Shown: positions 1-12,224, numbered from the stretch's first letter. The stretch is DNA of 64,000 bases from an uncultured Methanosarcinaceae archaeon (GCA_963833425.1 CAWHXP010000007.1:1-64000), one strand, 5' to 3'. Numbers and translations: made by a program. The notes: a model not told the origin generated them from the letters alone.

Positions 1-1
1 T

Positions 2-568
2 GATTCACTTTCTGTTTCGCTTAAGAAAGATTGGGAAGAAAATTCAGGAGCTGAACTTTTTCAAAAAACAAAAAAAGATTTTGAGATAAAATTACAATTG
101 TCTCCTGAATTTTTCAGACTTTTCCTGACCAATGATAAAAATAAATTAATGACGGATATCAAACAACTTGCTAAATTGTCAGAAACTAACATAATATTCC
201 TAACGGATTGGGACTATAATCATCACCCAGATAGCTTGCTATCAATATTTGGAACAACTTTATCTATCAATATAGCGTTCGAAGCATGCGTTTCCATGGA
301 TATAATAAAAGGCCAATCCAATAAAGAAGCCATAAAATACTTAACACAAAAAAAGAACGAAGTGTCAGATGCAGAAATTGCACATTTAAGAAATTATTAT
401 ATGCATACTAAATTTGCACCTAAGTTTCTTAAAGGAAAAAAATTAATTCCCATTCAAAATCCCAAACTTGAAAAGATAGAAAAAGAATTCGAAGTCCATG
501 GAGGCGATTACATAGTTTATTATACTCCAGTAAACCAGGGATATAAGAATAACAGGACAATCTACTAA
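2..568 (+). CDS. Hypothetical protein, 5'-truncated by the window edge
   Basis: The frame of ORF 98..568 stays open back to base 2 (DSLSVSLKKDWEENSGAELF...). No recognisable motif. Converges on the integrase. Confidence 0.6.
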   Translation, partial: DSLSVSLKKDWEENSGAELFQKTKKDFEIKLQLSPEFFRLFLTNDKNKLMTDIKQLAKLSETNIIFLTDWDYNHHPDSLLSIFGTTLSINIAFEACVSMDIIKGQSNKEAIKYLTQKKNEVSDAEIAHLRNYYMHTKFAPKFLKGKKLIPIQNPKLEKIEKEFEVHGGDYIVYYTPVNQGYKNNRTIY

Positions 569-648
569 AATTAAGATTTTGACAGTCTAATTCTGTCTAC
601 TTTTGGTTTTTAGTTCGGGTGCTCAAACCCCGCATAAAAAATTATTTT

Positions 649-1815
649 TTAAGTCATTTTAGCTAGCAACTCATTAATTCTTGCTTCAACTAACTCGTTA
701 ATTTTTGATTCTAGCAATTCATTAAGACTATCATCAACAGGTTTAGCCTTTTCTTCTAAATCCATGGCAGTTTTTAGCGTCAAAACAGCACCGCATTTAT
801 AGCAGAAAAGATTATTCGGCGTGTTTATGTTCTTACATCTTGGGCAAACATTAATTTTTGGTTTATTTTCATCTTCTTTAATTTCAATACCATTTGCTCT
901 CAAAATAGCTTGATCCACATCTCTGCCAGACAAGTGGACGTAAATACTGGGCATGTTAGAACCCTGAACCCATCCAAAATGCATATTCATTTGAGCTTCT
1001 GTCAAATGATTTGCCATGTAAGTCGCCCTTGAATGCCTGAAAAGGTGAATATGAACTCTTTTTTTAATTCCAGCTGCTTCTGCTGCCCTTTGCAACTGCA
1101 TTCTTATAGCTTCATATCGCAGTCCTTCAAGGCCCTTTTTTCTGCGTGAAAGATTGAACCATAAAGGAGCTTCCAAATTCTCTTTTTCAGGATGCTCTTC
1201 TAACCAATTCATCAAATATGAGACGCTCCAGACAGCTCTTACCCTTCGTGGGCCAGTTTTCCCATTAACGATTATCACTGCTCCATACTCATCAAATTTG
1301 ATATGTTTAATTTTTAGCGTGCCTACTTCTCCAATTCGTGCACCAATATCCCATAATAAGCCTATCATAGCTTTATCACGAGTATTTGGTGTAGCGTTGA
1401 TCATTTTAATGATCTCTTCTTCTGTTAACATATCTTCAGGCAGCTTCTTATCTTTATTTTTAATATTAGTAGTAAACCATTTCGTGAGTTCAGACTCATC
1501 TCCTTTAGACAGCCACTTATAAAACTTCTTAAGTGTAATTTTATAGTCGTGCCTACTTGCTTCACTTTGCGTTTTTTTGCTGATTAGAATTAAAAGATAT
1601 TCAATATCCCTTTTAGTGGCTTTTTCAAAGTCCTTATTCATCAAAAGTGCAATACTTTTTAGCGTGGCAATATATTTCAAAATCCGGTGATCTGATAAAC
1701 CTTCAATATAACAACTATGAACAAAATTTTTAATTAATTCTCTATTTTCTTTTGATAGTCCGGAGTCACTTAAAGTATCTATTCTTGCTTGCACGTTTAT
1801 CTTGTAAAGTCCCAT
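649..1815 (-). CDS. Tyrosine recombinase/integrase with C-terminal zinc ribbon
   Basis: Catalytic motifs GARIGE (R), GKTG (K), HLFRH and IYVH (Y) are all present, plus a C-terminal CPRC...CYKC zinc ribbon. Confidence 0.92.
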   Translation of the reverse strand: MGLYKINVQARIDTLSDSGLSKENRELIKNFVHSCYIEGLSDHRILKYIATLKSIALLMNKDFEKATKRDIEYLLILISKKTQSEASRHDYKITLKKFYKWLSKGDESELTKWFTTNIKNKDKKLPEDMLTEEEIIKMINATPNTRDKAMIGLLWDIGARIGEVGTLKIKHIKFDEYGAVIIVNGKTGPRRVRAVWSVSYLMNWLEEHPEKENLEAPLWFNLSRRKKGLEGLRYEAIRMQLQRAAEAAGIKKRVHIHLFRHSRATYMANHLTEAQMNMHFGWVQGSNMPSIYVHLSGRDVDQAILRANGIEIKEDENKPKINVCPRCKNINTPNNLFCYKCGAVLTLKTAMDLEEKAKPVDDSLNELLESKINELVEARINELLAKMT

Positions 1816-2353
1816 CTTCTCGCCTGACTAAATATAAGGCTCATTAGTATTTAAAGGTAATTAAGTACATTGAACATTAAGTTCATATCATTATAAGAAC
1901 ATCCTCTTGGAGGGAATGATATATCAAGAAACAAGAGAATAGTTTAAAAAAACTTTCAGAGAACGAACTCATTCAATGACTAAAAATATATCCAAAGCAG
2001 GAAAGTTCTTGTTATTAATGTTCAAAGAGTGGATCTGAAGATGGAGTGTACAGCACTTTGTCATAATCACTATCATTTTTAGACATTGAAAATAAAAAAG
2101 GACTTTTAAGGATGCTATAGCTATCGTTAAAATTAACGAATAAGAATCCGGATAAAAAATCGGGTCAAACTCAGAAAGTAATGAAAAAGATTTAGACAGA
2201 TTCACGCGACGAAAAAACTAGAGGTAAATCGAAATGCTATAAAGGACATGACAGAAGTTACATAAGGCTAAAAATCATTTAATGTTAAACTCGCATAAAA
2301 GTCGAAGTAACCCTTAGATTACCTAATCCCTTAACCAATCAATGGTGATTGAT

Positions 2354-3700
2354 ATGACGATTCATCCTATAGATTATCGGTATGGTACTGTGGAAATGAA
2401 ACATGTATGGAGTCAGGAAAACAGACTTGCCAAGCTCCTGAATATTGAAGCAGCCCTTGCTCTGGCAGAAGCGGATATGGGGCTTATCCCCGCCGATGCG
2501 GCTGAAATCATATCAGAGAGCATTAATTCCGTAAAAATTGAGAGAGTTGAAGAAATCGAAGCCGAAATACACCACGATATGATGGCTGTGGTAGTTGCTA
2601 TTTCTGAAAAATGCCGCGATGATGCCGGTAAATGGGTACATTTCGGCGCTACTTCAAATGATATTCTAGATACGGCTACAGCTCTACAGATAAGAGATGC
2701 AATAGAGATTTTCGAAGACAAGCTTAAAATTCTACTAAGAAATTTGGTAAATCAGGCTGAAACCCATAAATATACTGTCTGCTGCAGCAGAACTCATGGA
2801 CAGATCGGAATTCCTACGACCTATGGACTCCGCTTTGCGATCTGGGCGTCGGAAATTTCAAGGCATCTAGATAGACTGAATCAACTTGCTCCAAGAGTGA
2901 TTGTAGGCCAAATGACTGGAGCTGTGGGGACCCAAGCTGCATTTGGGAAATCTGGAATTCTGGTTCAAAAACTCACTATGCAACACCTTGGTATCGGGAC
3001 TGTAGATGTATCCAATCAAATAATTCAGAGGGACAGACATGCAGAATTTGTAATGTGGATGGCAAATGTGGTCACAACTCTGGATAAAATTGGTATCGAA
3101 ATCAGGACTCTCCAGCGCAGCGAGATCGCCGAACTCGAGGAGAGCTTCGAAAAAAAACAGGTAGGTTCATCCACAATGCCTCATAAACGTAATCCTATAA
3201 AGTCAGAGCAGGTATGCGGACTTGCAAAGATAGTAAGAGCTATGGTCGAGCCTGAACTTCTTAATAACACTCTATGGGACGAAAGAGACTTAACAAACTC
3301 CTCCAGCGAACGAGTGGTTTTTCCTGAAGCTTGTATATTGACTGACCACATTCTTAAGCTTGGGATCAATGTACTTTCAAATCTTAAATTCTATCCTGAA
3401 AATATATTGAAGAATCTGGAATTGCTCAAGGGCTTGAACATGGGAGAAGCTATAATGATCGAACTTGCAAAGAGGGGCTTGGGTAGACAGGAAGCTCATC
3501 AACTTGTAAGAACTGCAGCAATGAAAGCTCATGAAACCGGACAATATTTCAAAAATGTACTACTTGAAACTCCTGAAATTTCAAGATATCTAACTGATGT
3601 AGACATTGAGAATTTGATAAATCCTGAAAGATACATAGGAACAGCTGTCGAACAGGTTGAAGCACTAGTTATAAAACTTCATGAGGCTTATAACCGCTGA
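2354..3700 (+). CDS. purB: Adenylosuccinate lyase
   Basis: HFGATSND, RTHGQ and the SSTMPHKRNP fumarase-family signature. Start placed at ATG 2354 behind a GGTGA SD. Confidence 0.96.
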   Translation: MTIHPIDYRYGTVEMKHVWSQENRLAKLLNIEAALALAEADMGLIPADAAEIISESINSVKIERVEEIEAEIHHDMMAVVVAISEKCRDDAGKWVHFGATSNDILDTATALQIRDAIEIFEDKLKILLRNLVNQAETHKYTVCCSRTHGQIGIPTTYGLRFAIWASEISRHLDRLNQLAPRVIVGQMTGAVGTQAAFGKSGILVQKLTMQHLGIGTVDVSNQIIQRDRHAEFVMWMANVVTTLDKIGIEIRTLQRSEIAELEESFEKKQVGSSTMPHKRNPIKSEQVCGLAKIVRAMVEPELLNNTLWDERDLTNSSSERVVFPEACILTDHILKLGINVLSNLKFYPENILKNLELLKGLNMGEAIMIELAKRGLGRQEAHQLVRTAAMKAHETGQYFKNVLLETPEISRYLTDVDIENLINPERYIGTAVEQVEALVIKLHEAYNR

Positions 3701-3731
3701 CCTAATCTATCCCTCCCTATTAACAACTATA

Positions 3732-3820
3732 GAGGGTTACGATAAATCTCTAAATTTTGTCATATATTTATAAATGTTATATAAGTAACTTGTGAAAACC
3801 AGAGATTTATCGAAATCCTC
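3732..3820. mobile_element. ~89-bp MITE-like element, copy 1
   Basis: Terminal inverted repeats GAGGGTTACGATAAATCTCT / AGAGATTTATCGAAATCCTC (18/20 complementary). Similar to three other copies and to the IS5 ends at 43790/44922. Confidence 0.75.
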
Positions 3821-3929
3821 AACAATTGTGGGGAATTTGGTTTAAAGGTATTCTGTCGAAAAAAGTAATATCTGAAAATCATCTTTTTATTTATATTTTA
3901 ATGAAGATTCCAGAGTAGCAACCATCTGC

Positions 3930-4490
3930 AAGCAACAGCAGATGTTCGCTACCTAGCTCAGGTTGTAAATGGATTATTCAAAATCAAATATTCCCATTTA
4001 CTTATTATGCTTCATTTTCTCACAGGTTTCCCTGATTTTCAGTATAGTTTTTCAAGGACTTAGGAGTTGTACCATAGCTAAATGTTCACTACACATGAAT
4101 GCTTCAAGATATCAGAGTATTCTGCGAATATTTTTTTAATTTGATAAGTTTTATAATCTGTATCTTGGAAAAAGAATAGTTTTGGTTCGGCCGAAAAAAA
4201 AAGATGTACTTTCTCGCCAGTGTTACCAATTTCATCAAAATCAAAGCAATAATTTTTAGCAAATTCAAAGTATATAGATTTAAAATAGTTGATGATGTCA
4301 TTGTCCAAAAGAATTTTTTTCACGATAATACATACAAAAAAAAAAAACCATGTGATACCCTTTTTTATAAACACAATGTTCTTCATTCCTTAATTCCATC
4401 AGCAGTAAAAAGGTGATTGAGGACATAAATTAATTATTTTAACAGCGGTTAACTGGAAAATTTCCATCCCCAGCAAGCTACTGAGTACCC
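3930..4490 (-). pseudogene. tnpA: Degraded IS200/IS605-family Y1 transposase
   Basis: Frameshifted LLDNDIINYFK..FDFDEIG..VHLF.AEPK..QIIK and C-terminal ENQGN segments. Confidence 0.75.
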
Positions 4491-5021
4491 TAGTTAAATA
4501 AAATTGATTTTATGCGATAAAAAAAATAGTATCAATAGAAGGATCAGTCTAAAAACTTCATTGTTTATTTTCCATAATTATGGAAGGATGTTTTCAACAA
4601 AATTGAACTTGTAGTGGCAAAAACAATATATTCTAAAGCAATTTTATGTTTTGATATTTTTGACCTTGGATCGTTAGTTCAGATTCCAGAGAATTGATAG
4701 TAGATTTTGGATCATGAAATAAAAAATTCTGACTTTTTTATAGAGCTACAAGTTGCTTCAGAGGCACAGTAATTATATCAACTACAATACGCAGCTCGGA
4801 AGATAAGACCGTAAATTAGCTACATCTATGACATAAATCGGCATTTCTCTTTGTCATAATCAACGACTTCATTATACCTTAAATCATTTTTTGATTATTC
4901 CTTTGATTTGTAAAAAATTATTTCGGAAATGAAGAAATTCAAAATCACTGTTTTGATGAAAAATGTTATATGTCTTAACATCCATTAAGCGGGCTATATA
5001 CTTGACCAATAACAAAATTGA

Positions 5022-5189
<168 letters not shown>

Positions 5190-5195
5190 TCTTGT

Positions 5196-5939
5196 TTGCA
5201 GGTGGAAGCACAACTTCAAAAGATTATTCTAAAGGAAGAAAAAGTTCATCTGACTCTCATAGACCCGGCATCCCAAACTCCCGAAAGAGCTGCAGAAATC
5301 GCTTTTGCTGCAGATAAAGGTGGCACTGATGCCATCATGATAGGTGGGTCAACAAGCTCATTTGGGACCTTGCTCGATGAAACCGTCCTAAAGATAAAGG
5401 AGAATGTAGATCTGCCCACTATCCTTTTTCCTGGAAATTCAGCTGGGCTAAGCAGGTATGCAGATGCCGTGTTCTTCATGAGTCTTTTGAATTCCAGAGA
5501 TTTGGGGTATGTGATCACCAACCAAGTTCTTGGAGCTCCACTTGTACACAAGAGTCAGATTGAGCCGATTTCCATGGCATACCTTGTGGTCGAACCAGGA
5601 GGAACTGTGGGTTGGATAGGAGACGCAAAGTTAATTCCCAGAAAGAAACCTGAAATTGCTGTAGCTTACGCCCTTGCAGGTAAATACTTGGGGATGCATT
5701 ATACTTACCTTGAAGCTGGATCTGGAGTTGATAAACCTGTCAATCCTGATATGATAGAAGCTGTCAAGCATGTACTTGGGGAAAACAAACTTATCGTTGG
5801 TGGCGGGATACGAGACGCAAAAACTGCTCAGATTTGTGCTTTTGCTGGTGCAGATATGATCGTTACAGGTACAATTGTTGAAGAAGTAAATGACATAACT
5901 GCGAAAGTATCGGAACTTGTATCAGCAATAAAAAAATGA
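5196..5939 (+). CDS. Geranylgeranylglyceryl phosphate synthase (PcrB family)
   Basis: HLTLIDP, IMIGGS, YLEAGSG and VGGGIR motifs; TTG start directly after rpl40e. Confidence 0.93.
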   Translation: MQVEAQLQKIILKEEKVHLTLIDPASQTPERAAEIAFAADKGGTDAIMIGGSTSSFGTLLDETVLKIKENVDLPTILFPGNSAGLSRYADAVFFMSLLNSRDLGYVITNQVLGAPLVHKSQIEPISMAYLVVEPGGTVGWIGDAKLIPRKKPEIAVAYALAGKYLGMHYTYLEAGSGVDKPVNPDMIEAVKHVLGENKLIVGGGIRDAKTAQICAFAGADMIVTGTIVEEVNDITAKVSELVSAIKK

Positions 5940-6239
5940 TTTTACTGAGGGAATTATTTAAGGATACTCTACCTGCCTTTAAGTTTAGAAAGAATAATGT
6001 TTAATTCGCTGTCTTTTTTATGGATTCATTCTTTTTAATGCTCATTTCCCTGAGCTTGGAGTTAATTTAGCACCTGAATAAATATGAGAATGAGTAAAAT
6101 CCAAATTTTTGGTCGCACACCAAGTTATGAGACTTTTTAATATACTGTGGTGTCTCAAAAATTATCATTAACCCGCCCCTACAATCAGCTGCAATCTATT
6201 AAAATTAAGAAATCAAAGTTTCGGTGGCGTGAAATATTA

Positions 6240-6830
6240 TACTCTGCACAATTGAGTAAGTTCGCACTATTGCTATAGAAACAAAGAAATTGTTCAAAAT
6301 CGAATAATTTCAGTTGCCAATTGCTTCCCTTTATCCTTGATTTTCACGATTTTCAACATCTTTTTTAAAATTACATCTGAAGTTGCAACTTAACCCACAG
6401 TTTCAATGTAGCCTCCATCACTTCACAGTTCAATATCATTAACTGTTTTTAAATCCAAGAGCATTCTTTAAAGACTTTTCTTTGTTTGATACTTCTAATA
6501 ATTTGCATTACTCCTGAAAGAGAATATTTTGTTTCAGCACCAATAGAAGATGTATATAATTACCATTATCTATTGTATAAAACTTAAAAAAGTACCCTTT
6601 AGTAATTTCAAAGGATACGAATTTAAATAATTGAATTTTGCATTGTCCAAAAGAAACTTGTTTCTTTATTTCATACAAAAAATATTTTATACCTTATTCT
6701 ATGGACATGAGGATTTGGATGTAGTAGCCCCATTCTAAATTGCAAATGTAACCCAAAATAGAAACCAATTACTCATTAACGATTCTCGGGGAAGTTTTCA
6801 TCCCATAATAAACTAGGGGTATTTGACTCG
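6240..6830 (-). pseudogene. tnpA: Degraded IS200/IS605-family transposase
   Basis: Broken frames read GAETKYSLSGVMQIIRSI and SDGGYIETVG..TSDVI. Confidence 0.7.
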
Positions 6831-7282
6831 AATCAATATTCAACATTACTTTTTTGTAAACTTGCCCAAAATGGGTGAAATTTAATGAATATCTTAGCCT
6901 ATTTATGAAGCACTTGATTCCCTTATTTTTGAAACCTATGATTATTTGTAACTATACGGCCAGAATAAAAAGTTTCAATTACCATTTTTACTCAATTTGA
7001 TGAGCAAATTTTGATGGGATGACATTATTAAACTGTCGACTATTGATCATGTTTTACGTCTTTTTATAAGTTGCTGATCATAAATGCCTCTTGAATCAAA
7101 ATAGATTAAGCCAACATATTTTAGATAGACTTAATAATTCAAATTATTTTCTGGTTTTCTTATGTATCGCTGTCAAAGGGCAGTTGAATTTATGGTAAAT
7201 ATTTGTGGTACCAAAATATATTGAAAAATATCGAATTTCTACTTATTTAAAAAATTAACGGCTTAATTTACCTCTTTTTCCT

Positions 7283-7669
7283 TCATTCTCCTAGCTTCAA
7301 AGCCCCATGTGGACACATCTTAATGCACATACCGCATTGAATACATTTCTTTTCATCTACTTGTACATTCCAGCCCACATCAAAACCATAGACATTCATA
7401 GGGCAGACAGAAATACAGGCTCCGCATTCCACACACTCTTCATCATCCCTATGAATAGGACGATCCAGAATGGAGACTATTGCTCCCCTTGCTTCTAGAG
7501 CATTTTTTATCCTATCGAACCGAAAATCGTTTACGTCTGCAATCAATTCTCCATAGGTGGAATCAATGTTTGCGACCATTATATTAATCGATATTCCGGT
7601 TTCGATTATAGATTCGGAAATAATTGGGTTATGTATCCTCTCTGTAGGGATGCTAATTTTTATTTTCGT
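7283..7669 (-). CDS. NIL-domain / 2x[4Fe-4S] ferredoxin partner of the homocysteine-biosynthesis sulfurtransferase; apparent ACG start
   Basis: CVECGACISVCP and CIQCGMCIKMCP. The frame extends 30 codons upstream of the ORF-track ATG to ACG-AAA-ATA-AAA-ATT, 8 nt after GGAGG. Confidence 0.85.
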   Translation of the reverse strand, partial: TKIKISIPTERIHNPIISESIIETGISINIMVANIDSTYGELIADVNDFRFDRIKNALEARGAIVSILDRPIHRDDEECVECGACISVCPMNVYGFDVGWNVQVDEKKCIQCGMCIKMCPHGALKLGE

Positions 7670-7671
7670 AC

Positions 7672-9174
7672 TCAGTACCTCCTTGCAAAGAGCTTACTTA
7701 TGTTATCACTGGTTATTATTCCGAGAACACGTCTTTGCGTATTGATTACTGGCATGGCAGATACACCATAACGATCCAGCCTGCGAGCTGCAATATCAAC
7801 TGGCTCGTTAGGAGCACATGTCAACACCTTTTTCGTCATAACACTTTCTACCGAATCAAAACAGTTCTCAGCAACGGCTTTGGATATATCCCAAGCAGTT
7901 AGTATACCAACAAGTTCGCCTGAATCAGAAATCACAGCCAGATGATTAAAAGAGTTTTCCCATATCTTCTTTGCAGCATCCTGAACTGTCTGATCTTTTT
8001 TAATGGTCACAATAAAGTCAGACATTACGTCCTTTACTAGAGGCACAGCCTGAGTCTGTTTCATTGGTTTGACCAAACCTTTGCATGGCAATCTCTCAAC
8101 CGGCATGGTGACGAAGAATTCCCCACATTTCAACCAATTCTTTAGCTCACTAGCTATTTTTCTTGCGTTCTTGAAACTAGAAAGAGAAGAAGTGGGTACA
8201 TCCTTCCCATCAATTTGCACCATACCTGACCTGAGTTCGCTGTAGTTTACCTGTCTGATGGATGGCTTATCCCGGCTACCTACTGCGTAATCCAAAATTT
8301 TAGTTATGATATCCTCGTCTCGCACTGCAGCTGCAGCAGCAAGTTTTTCATTTAAAATTGGTATAGGGATCCCGATCCCCATATAAAGGGTTGTCCCGTA
8401 GCCGGTAAATGAAGCGGCTCTTAAATAATCAGGATTCATTTCCTTCAAGTTTCCTTTGACCATCAGAGTACCTAAACCAGTAGACGGAGAATGTTGAGTT
8501 CCATTTCCTATAACATACCCTTGTGCTCCTCCTATGAAAATCCTTGTCCCTATACCGATAGTTTCATAATCTGGATCGTTGGAGAGAGGAGACAATACTC
8601 CAGCTCCAGAATAAGTTACGTTTCCGAAATTGGGGAGAAGTTCACCCATATAAGTATTTAAAATCCTTTTGGAACTATTGGTTGCAGCTGCATAATTCTG
8701 GTACGCATTTCTGGGATTTATAAGGACTGCTTCATTCAAATCTTCAAGTGTAATCGTCGTATCCAAAACTTTCCTTGGATAGCAATCAGTTCCGTATGAA
8801 GTTGCATGAACATTTATTTCTTTCCCCCTCAGGAGATCTTCAATGACATGAGCTCCACCATACTGAATTCCCCTTGTATCCGAAATCTGAGTAGCTCCGA
8901 GGTAAGCGTCGACAGCTGCAATTCCGCTATATGCTTCTACATTATTGAACCAGACCTTCTGAATTTTAATAGGTGACTCGGAGTGACCAAGATTAAGCAT
9001 TAGGCCAGATGAACACATGGCTCCGAATGTGCCTGTAGTGACCACGTCGACTTCTTTTGCAGCACATTCAACGCCAAGGTCTTCAACTATTACGACCATT
9101 TCCTCGGCTGTGACCACATTAACGTCGCCATCCTCTATTTTACGATTAATCTCATGAATTGATTTCCTAACCAT
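7672..9174 (-). CDS. L-aspartate semialdehyde sulfurtransferase (DUF39 + CBS domains), homocysteine biosynthesis
   Basis: DVVTTGTFGAMCSSG, YGGAHVIEDL, NPRNAYQNY, two C-terminal CBS repeats; adjacent to the NIL-ferredoxin gene. Confidence 0.9.
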   Translation of the reverse strand: MVRKSIHEINRKIEDGDVNVVTAEEMVVIVEDLGVECAAKEVDVVTTGTFGAMCSSGLMLNLGHSESPIKIQKVWFNNVEAYSGIAAVDAYLGATQISDTRGIQYGGAHVIEDLLRGKEINVHATSYGTDCYPRKVLDTTITLEDLNEAVLINPRNAYQNYAAATNSSKRILNTYMGELLPNFGNVTYSGAGVLSPLSNDPDYETIGIGTRIFIGGAQGYVIGNGTQHSPSTGLGTLMVKGNLKEMNPDYLRAASFTGYGTTLYMGIGIPIPILNEKLAAAAAVRDEDIITKILDYAVGSRDKPSIRQVNYSELRSGMVQIDGKDVPTSSLSSFKNARKIASELKNWLKCGEFFVTMPVERLPCKGLVKPMKQTQAVPLVKDVMSDFIVTIKKDQTVQDAAKKIWENSFNHLAVISDSGELVGILTAWDISKAVAENCFDSVESVMTKKVLTCAPNEPVDIAARRLDRYGVSAMPVINTQRRVLGIITSDNISKLFARRY

Positions 9175-9534
9175 GTGGATTTCCTCTTATTACAAATGTG
9201 GGTAGCAGAAGCATTTAGCAGGGGCATTTATAACATTGAAAATAACTAAGGCGATACCTTTTACATAAGTGGAAGAAGACTGTATCAGCGTCTGATCTAT
9301 AATTCAGACTGGCAAATTCACATTCTTACTTTAATAGCAATAGTATTTTTTTGTGCCATATATACTACTTACGGTAATCGAGTACTCCCAATCTAACATT
9401 AATCGAATAATAAATAAGTAACAGTTTACAATGTATAAGCTTGAACTACACAAAATTTCTATAAATCAGAATGCGAGTTTTTTTTCAGTAAGTTTCTTAT
9501 TCATTCAGAGTATTACCCGAGACCAGGTGATTTT

Positions 9535-9954
9535 TTGACACGTGTACTTGCTACCGGAACTTTTGACCTCCTCCACCCAGGGCATGTCTATTTCCTAACC
9601 CAAGCAAGAGCCCTGGGAGATGAACTTTTCGTCATTATTGCCAGAGATTCAAACGTAACTCACAAGCAAAAACCCATTGTACCCGAGGCACAAAGACTTG
9701 AAATGATAAATGCCCTGGGAATAGTCAACAAAGCCATTCTTGGCAGCGAACGAGATATTTTTGAGCCCCTTAAGCAGATCAGGCCTGATATTATTACTTT
9801 AGGTTACGACCAACATTTTGACACAAATGCTCTGGAAAAGGAAATCACCAAAAGAGGCATTTCTACAAAAGTTGTTAGAATTCCGTTTTCAAAGAAATGC
9901 CCACTATGCAGTTCGGGTGCCATAATAAAAGAGATTCTTGAAAGGTATGGATGA
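9535..9954 (+). CDS. ribL: Archaeal FAD synthase
   Basis: GTFDLLHPGH nucleotidyltransferase motif, LGYDQ, C-terminal CPLCSS; next to rib genes. Confidence 0.88.
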   Translation: MTRVLATGTFDLLHPGHVYFLTQARALGDELFVIIARDSNVTHKQKPIVPEAQRLEMINALGIVNKAILGSERDIFEPLKQIRPDIITLGYDQHFDTNALEKEITKRGISTKVVRIPFSKKCPLCSSGAIIKEILERYG

Positions 9955-10038
9955 ACACATCCTTCTACTATTTGCATATTAAACCACAAAAAACTTTACT
10001 GACTCCGGTCTAAAAGAAATCATGTGCTGCAAGTTGTT

Positions 10039-11181
10039 TTATCCAAATACTTTTTCGAGCCTTTCAAGAGCTTCCCTGATCCTGTCAATAGATGTCGCGT
10101 AAGAAACTCTAATAAAATCCTCACCTGAAGCACCAAAAGCAATTCCTGGAGTAACTGCCACATGAGCCTCTTTCAAGAGCCTTTCTGCAACTGTTGTCCC
10201 ATTTCCATATTCGCTTACATCAGCAAAGGCATAAAAGGCTCCATCTGGTTTTTTGCATTCAAAACCCAATTTGCTCAAACCTTCAATAAGGACATCACGT
10301 CGCACCTTGAATCTGTCAACCATTGCTTTGACTCCTTCCTGTGGCCCCTGAAGGGCTTCAAGCCCTCCATACTGAACAAATGTAGTCGCACTACTTACCG
10401 AATGAGACTGGATTTTCAGCAGAAGCTTGAAAATCTCTGGGGGCGCGGTCAGGTATCCAAGTCTCCAGCCTGTCATTGCATAGGCTTTGGAAAAACCATT
10501 TACTGTTATGGTTCTTTCCTGCATCCCGTCGAAACTGCCAATGCTGATATGCTCCTTGTCGTAGATGATTTTCTCATATATTTCATCCGAGACTACTAAA
10601 AGATCGTGGTCAATTGCAAGATCCGCAATACACTGTAAAATCTTTTTCCCAAATACCCCACCTGTAGGATTTCCAGGACTGTTTACTACAATCAGTTTTG
10701 TTTTCTCATTTATGTAATCCACAAAGTTGTCCGGAAGAAAGCCTTTTTCAGGGACTGTGGGGATCCATACTGATTCTGCTCCCGCAAAACGGATACATGC
10801 GTCATAGGTCACCCAGGCTGGATCAAAAAGAAGAGCCTGATCGCGATCATCGAGGACTCCCAACATTATCTCAAAAATTCCCTGTTTAGCCCCGGGAGTC
10901 ACAAGAACGCTTGCATCTATCACATCAATTTTGTTTTCTCGTTTCAATTTTTCAGCAATAGCTGTTCTTAACTCAGGAATGCCTCCAGAAGGTGCATAGT
11001 GAGTTTTTCCCTCATACATAGCTTTTACTGCAGCGTCGCAGATATTCTGGGGAGTACTGAAATCAGGTTCACCAAGGCTGAAATTGATAACGTCTATACC
11101 CTCTTTAATCATTCTGGTCGCAATGTTAGAAATCCTGATCGTTGCGGATTCTTCTACACGCTTGAGCCTTTCGGATGTCAT
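10039..11181 (-). CDS. Class I/II PLP aminotransferase (aspartate aminotransferase-like)
   Basis: LGEPDF, NSPGNPTG, SDEIY and SKAYAMTGWRLG. Confidence 0.93.
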   Translation of the reverse strand: MTSERLKRVEESATIRISNIATRMIKEGIDVINFSLGEPDFSTPQNICDAAVKAMYEGKTHYAPSGGIPELRTAIAEKLKRENKIDVIDASVLVTPGAKQGIFEIMLGVLDDRDQALLFDPAWVTYDACIRFAGAESVWIPTVPEKGFLPDNFVDYINEKTKLIVVNSPGNPTGGVFGKKILQCIADLAIDHDLLVVSDEIYEKIIYDKEHISIGSFDGMQERTITVNGFSKAYAMTGWRLGYLTAPPEIFKLLLKIQSHSVSSATTFVQYGGLEALQGPQEGVKAMVDRFKVRRDVLIEGLSKLGFECKKPDGAFYAFADVSEYGNGTTVAERLLKEAHVAVTPGIAFGASGEDFIRVSYATSIDRIREALERLEKVFG

Positions 11182-11236
11182 AGGGGTGTTCCTGATTTGT
11201 CACATTTTGCTAGTTTATAAAAAATATTCTCGAATT

Positions 11237-11641
11237 TCACAGCCTTTGCACCAGCTTTACTGCAGCTTCAACTGCTCTTTTTGCATAGTCTACACGTTCA
11301 TGAGCCGCCATCCGGGTCATGCCTGGACCTGGAATCCCGAGAGTAACTGGTTTATTGAACTCAAGGGAGAGATCCATGATCTTCCTTGCAGCATGCTGCA
11401 TAACCACCTGGTCATGATCGGTCTCACCTTCGATTACCGACCCTATGGTAACCACAGCATCGATATCATCCCTCTGGCAAAGTTTCTTGATTGCAAGAGG
11501 CATATCAAAGACCCCTGGAACGAGAATAGTCTCTTTAACTGTAGTCCCCAAGAATTCTGCATGTTCTCTTCCCAGCAGTTCCATTTGATAGGTCAGATCT
11601 CTGTTAAATTCAGCTACAACGAATCCCAAGCTGATGGTCAT
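11237..11641 (-). CDS. ribH: 6,7-dimethyl-8-ribityllumazine synthase
   Basis: [13 protein letters not shown] and GETDHD. Confidence 0.93.
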   Translation of the reverse strand: MTISLGFVVAEFNRDLTYQMELLGREHAEFLGTTVKETILVPGVFDMPLAIKKLCQRDDIDAVVTIGSVIEGETDHDQVVMQHAARKIMDLSLEFNKPVTLGIPGPGMTRMAAHERVDYAKRAVEAAVKLVQRL

Positions 11642-11680
11642 TTAATAAGATCTCCATTAATCGCTTTTACTTAAATTACT

Positions 11681-12163
<483 letters not shown>

Positions 12164-12224
12164 TTAAGATTATAACTTTATGGGGTTTACCTGAAAAATT
12201 TGATACTTCTACAATTTATTTGAT

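Noticed and set aside
605..640. GC-rich hairpin GTTCGGGTGCTCAAACCCCGC as a tRNA fragment or att site
   Set aside because: No convincing T-arm or acceptor stem and no second copy in the window; at most a weak terminator between convergent genes.
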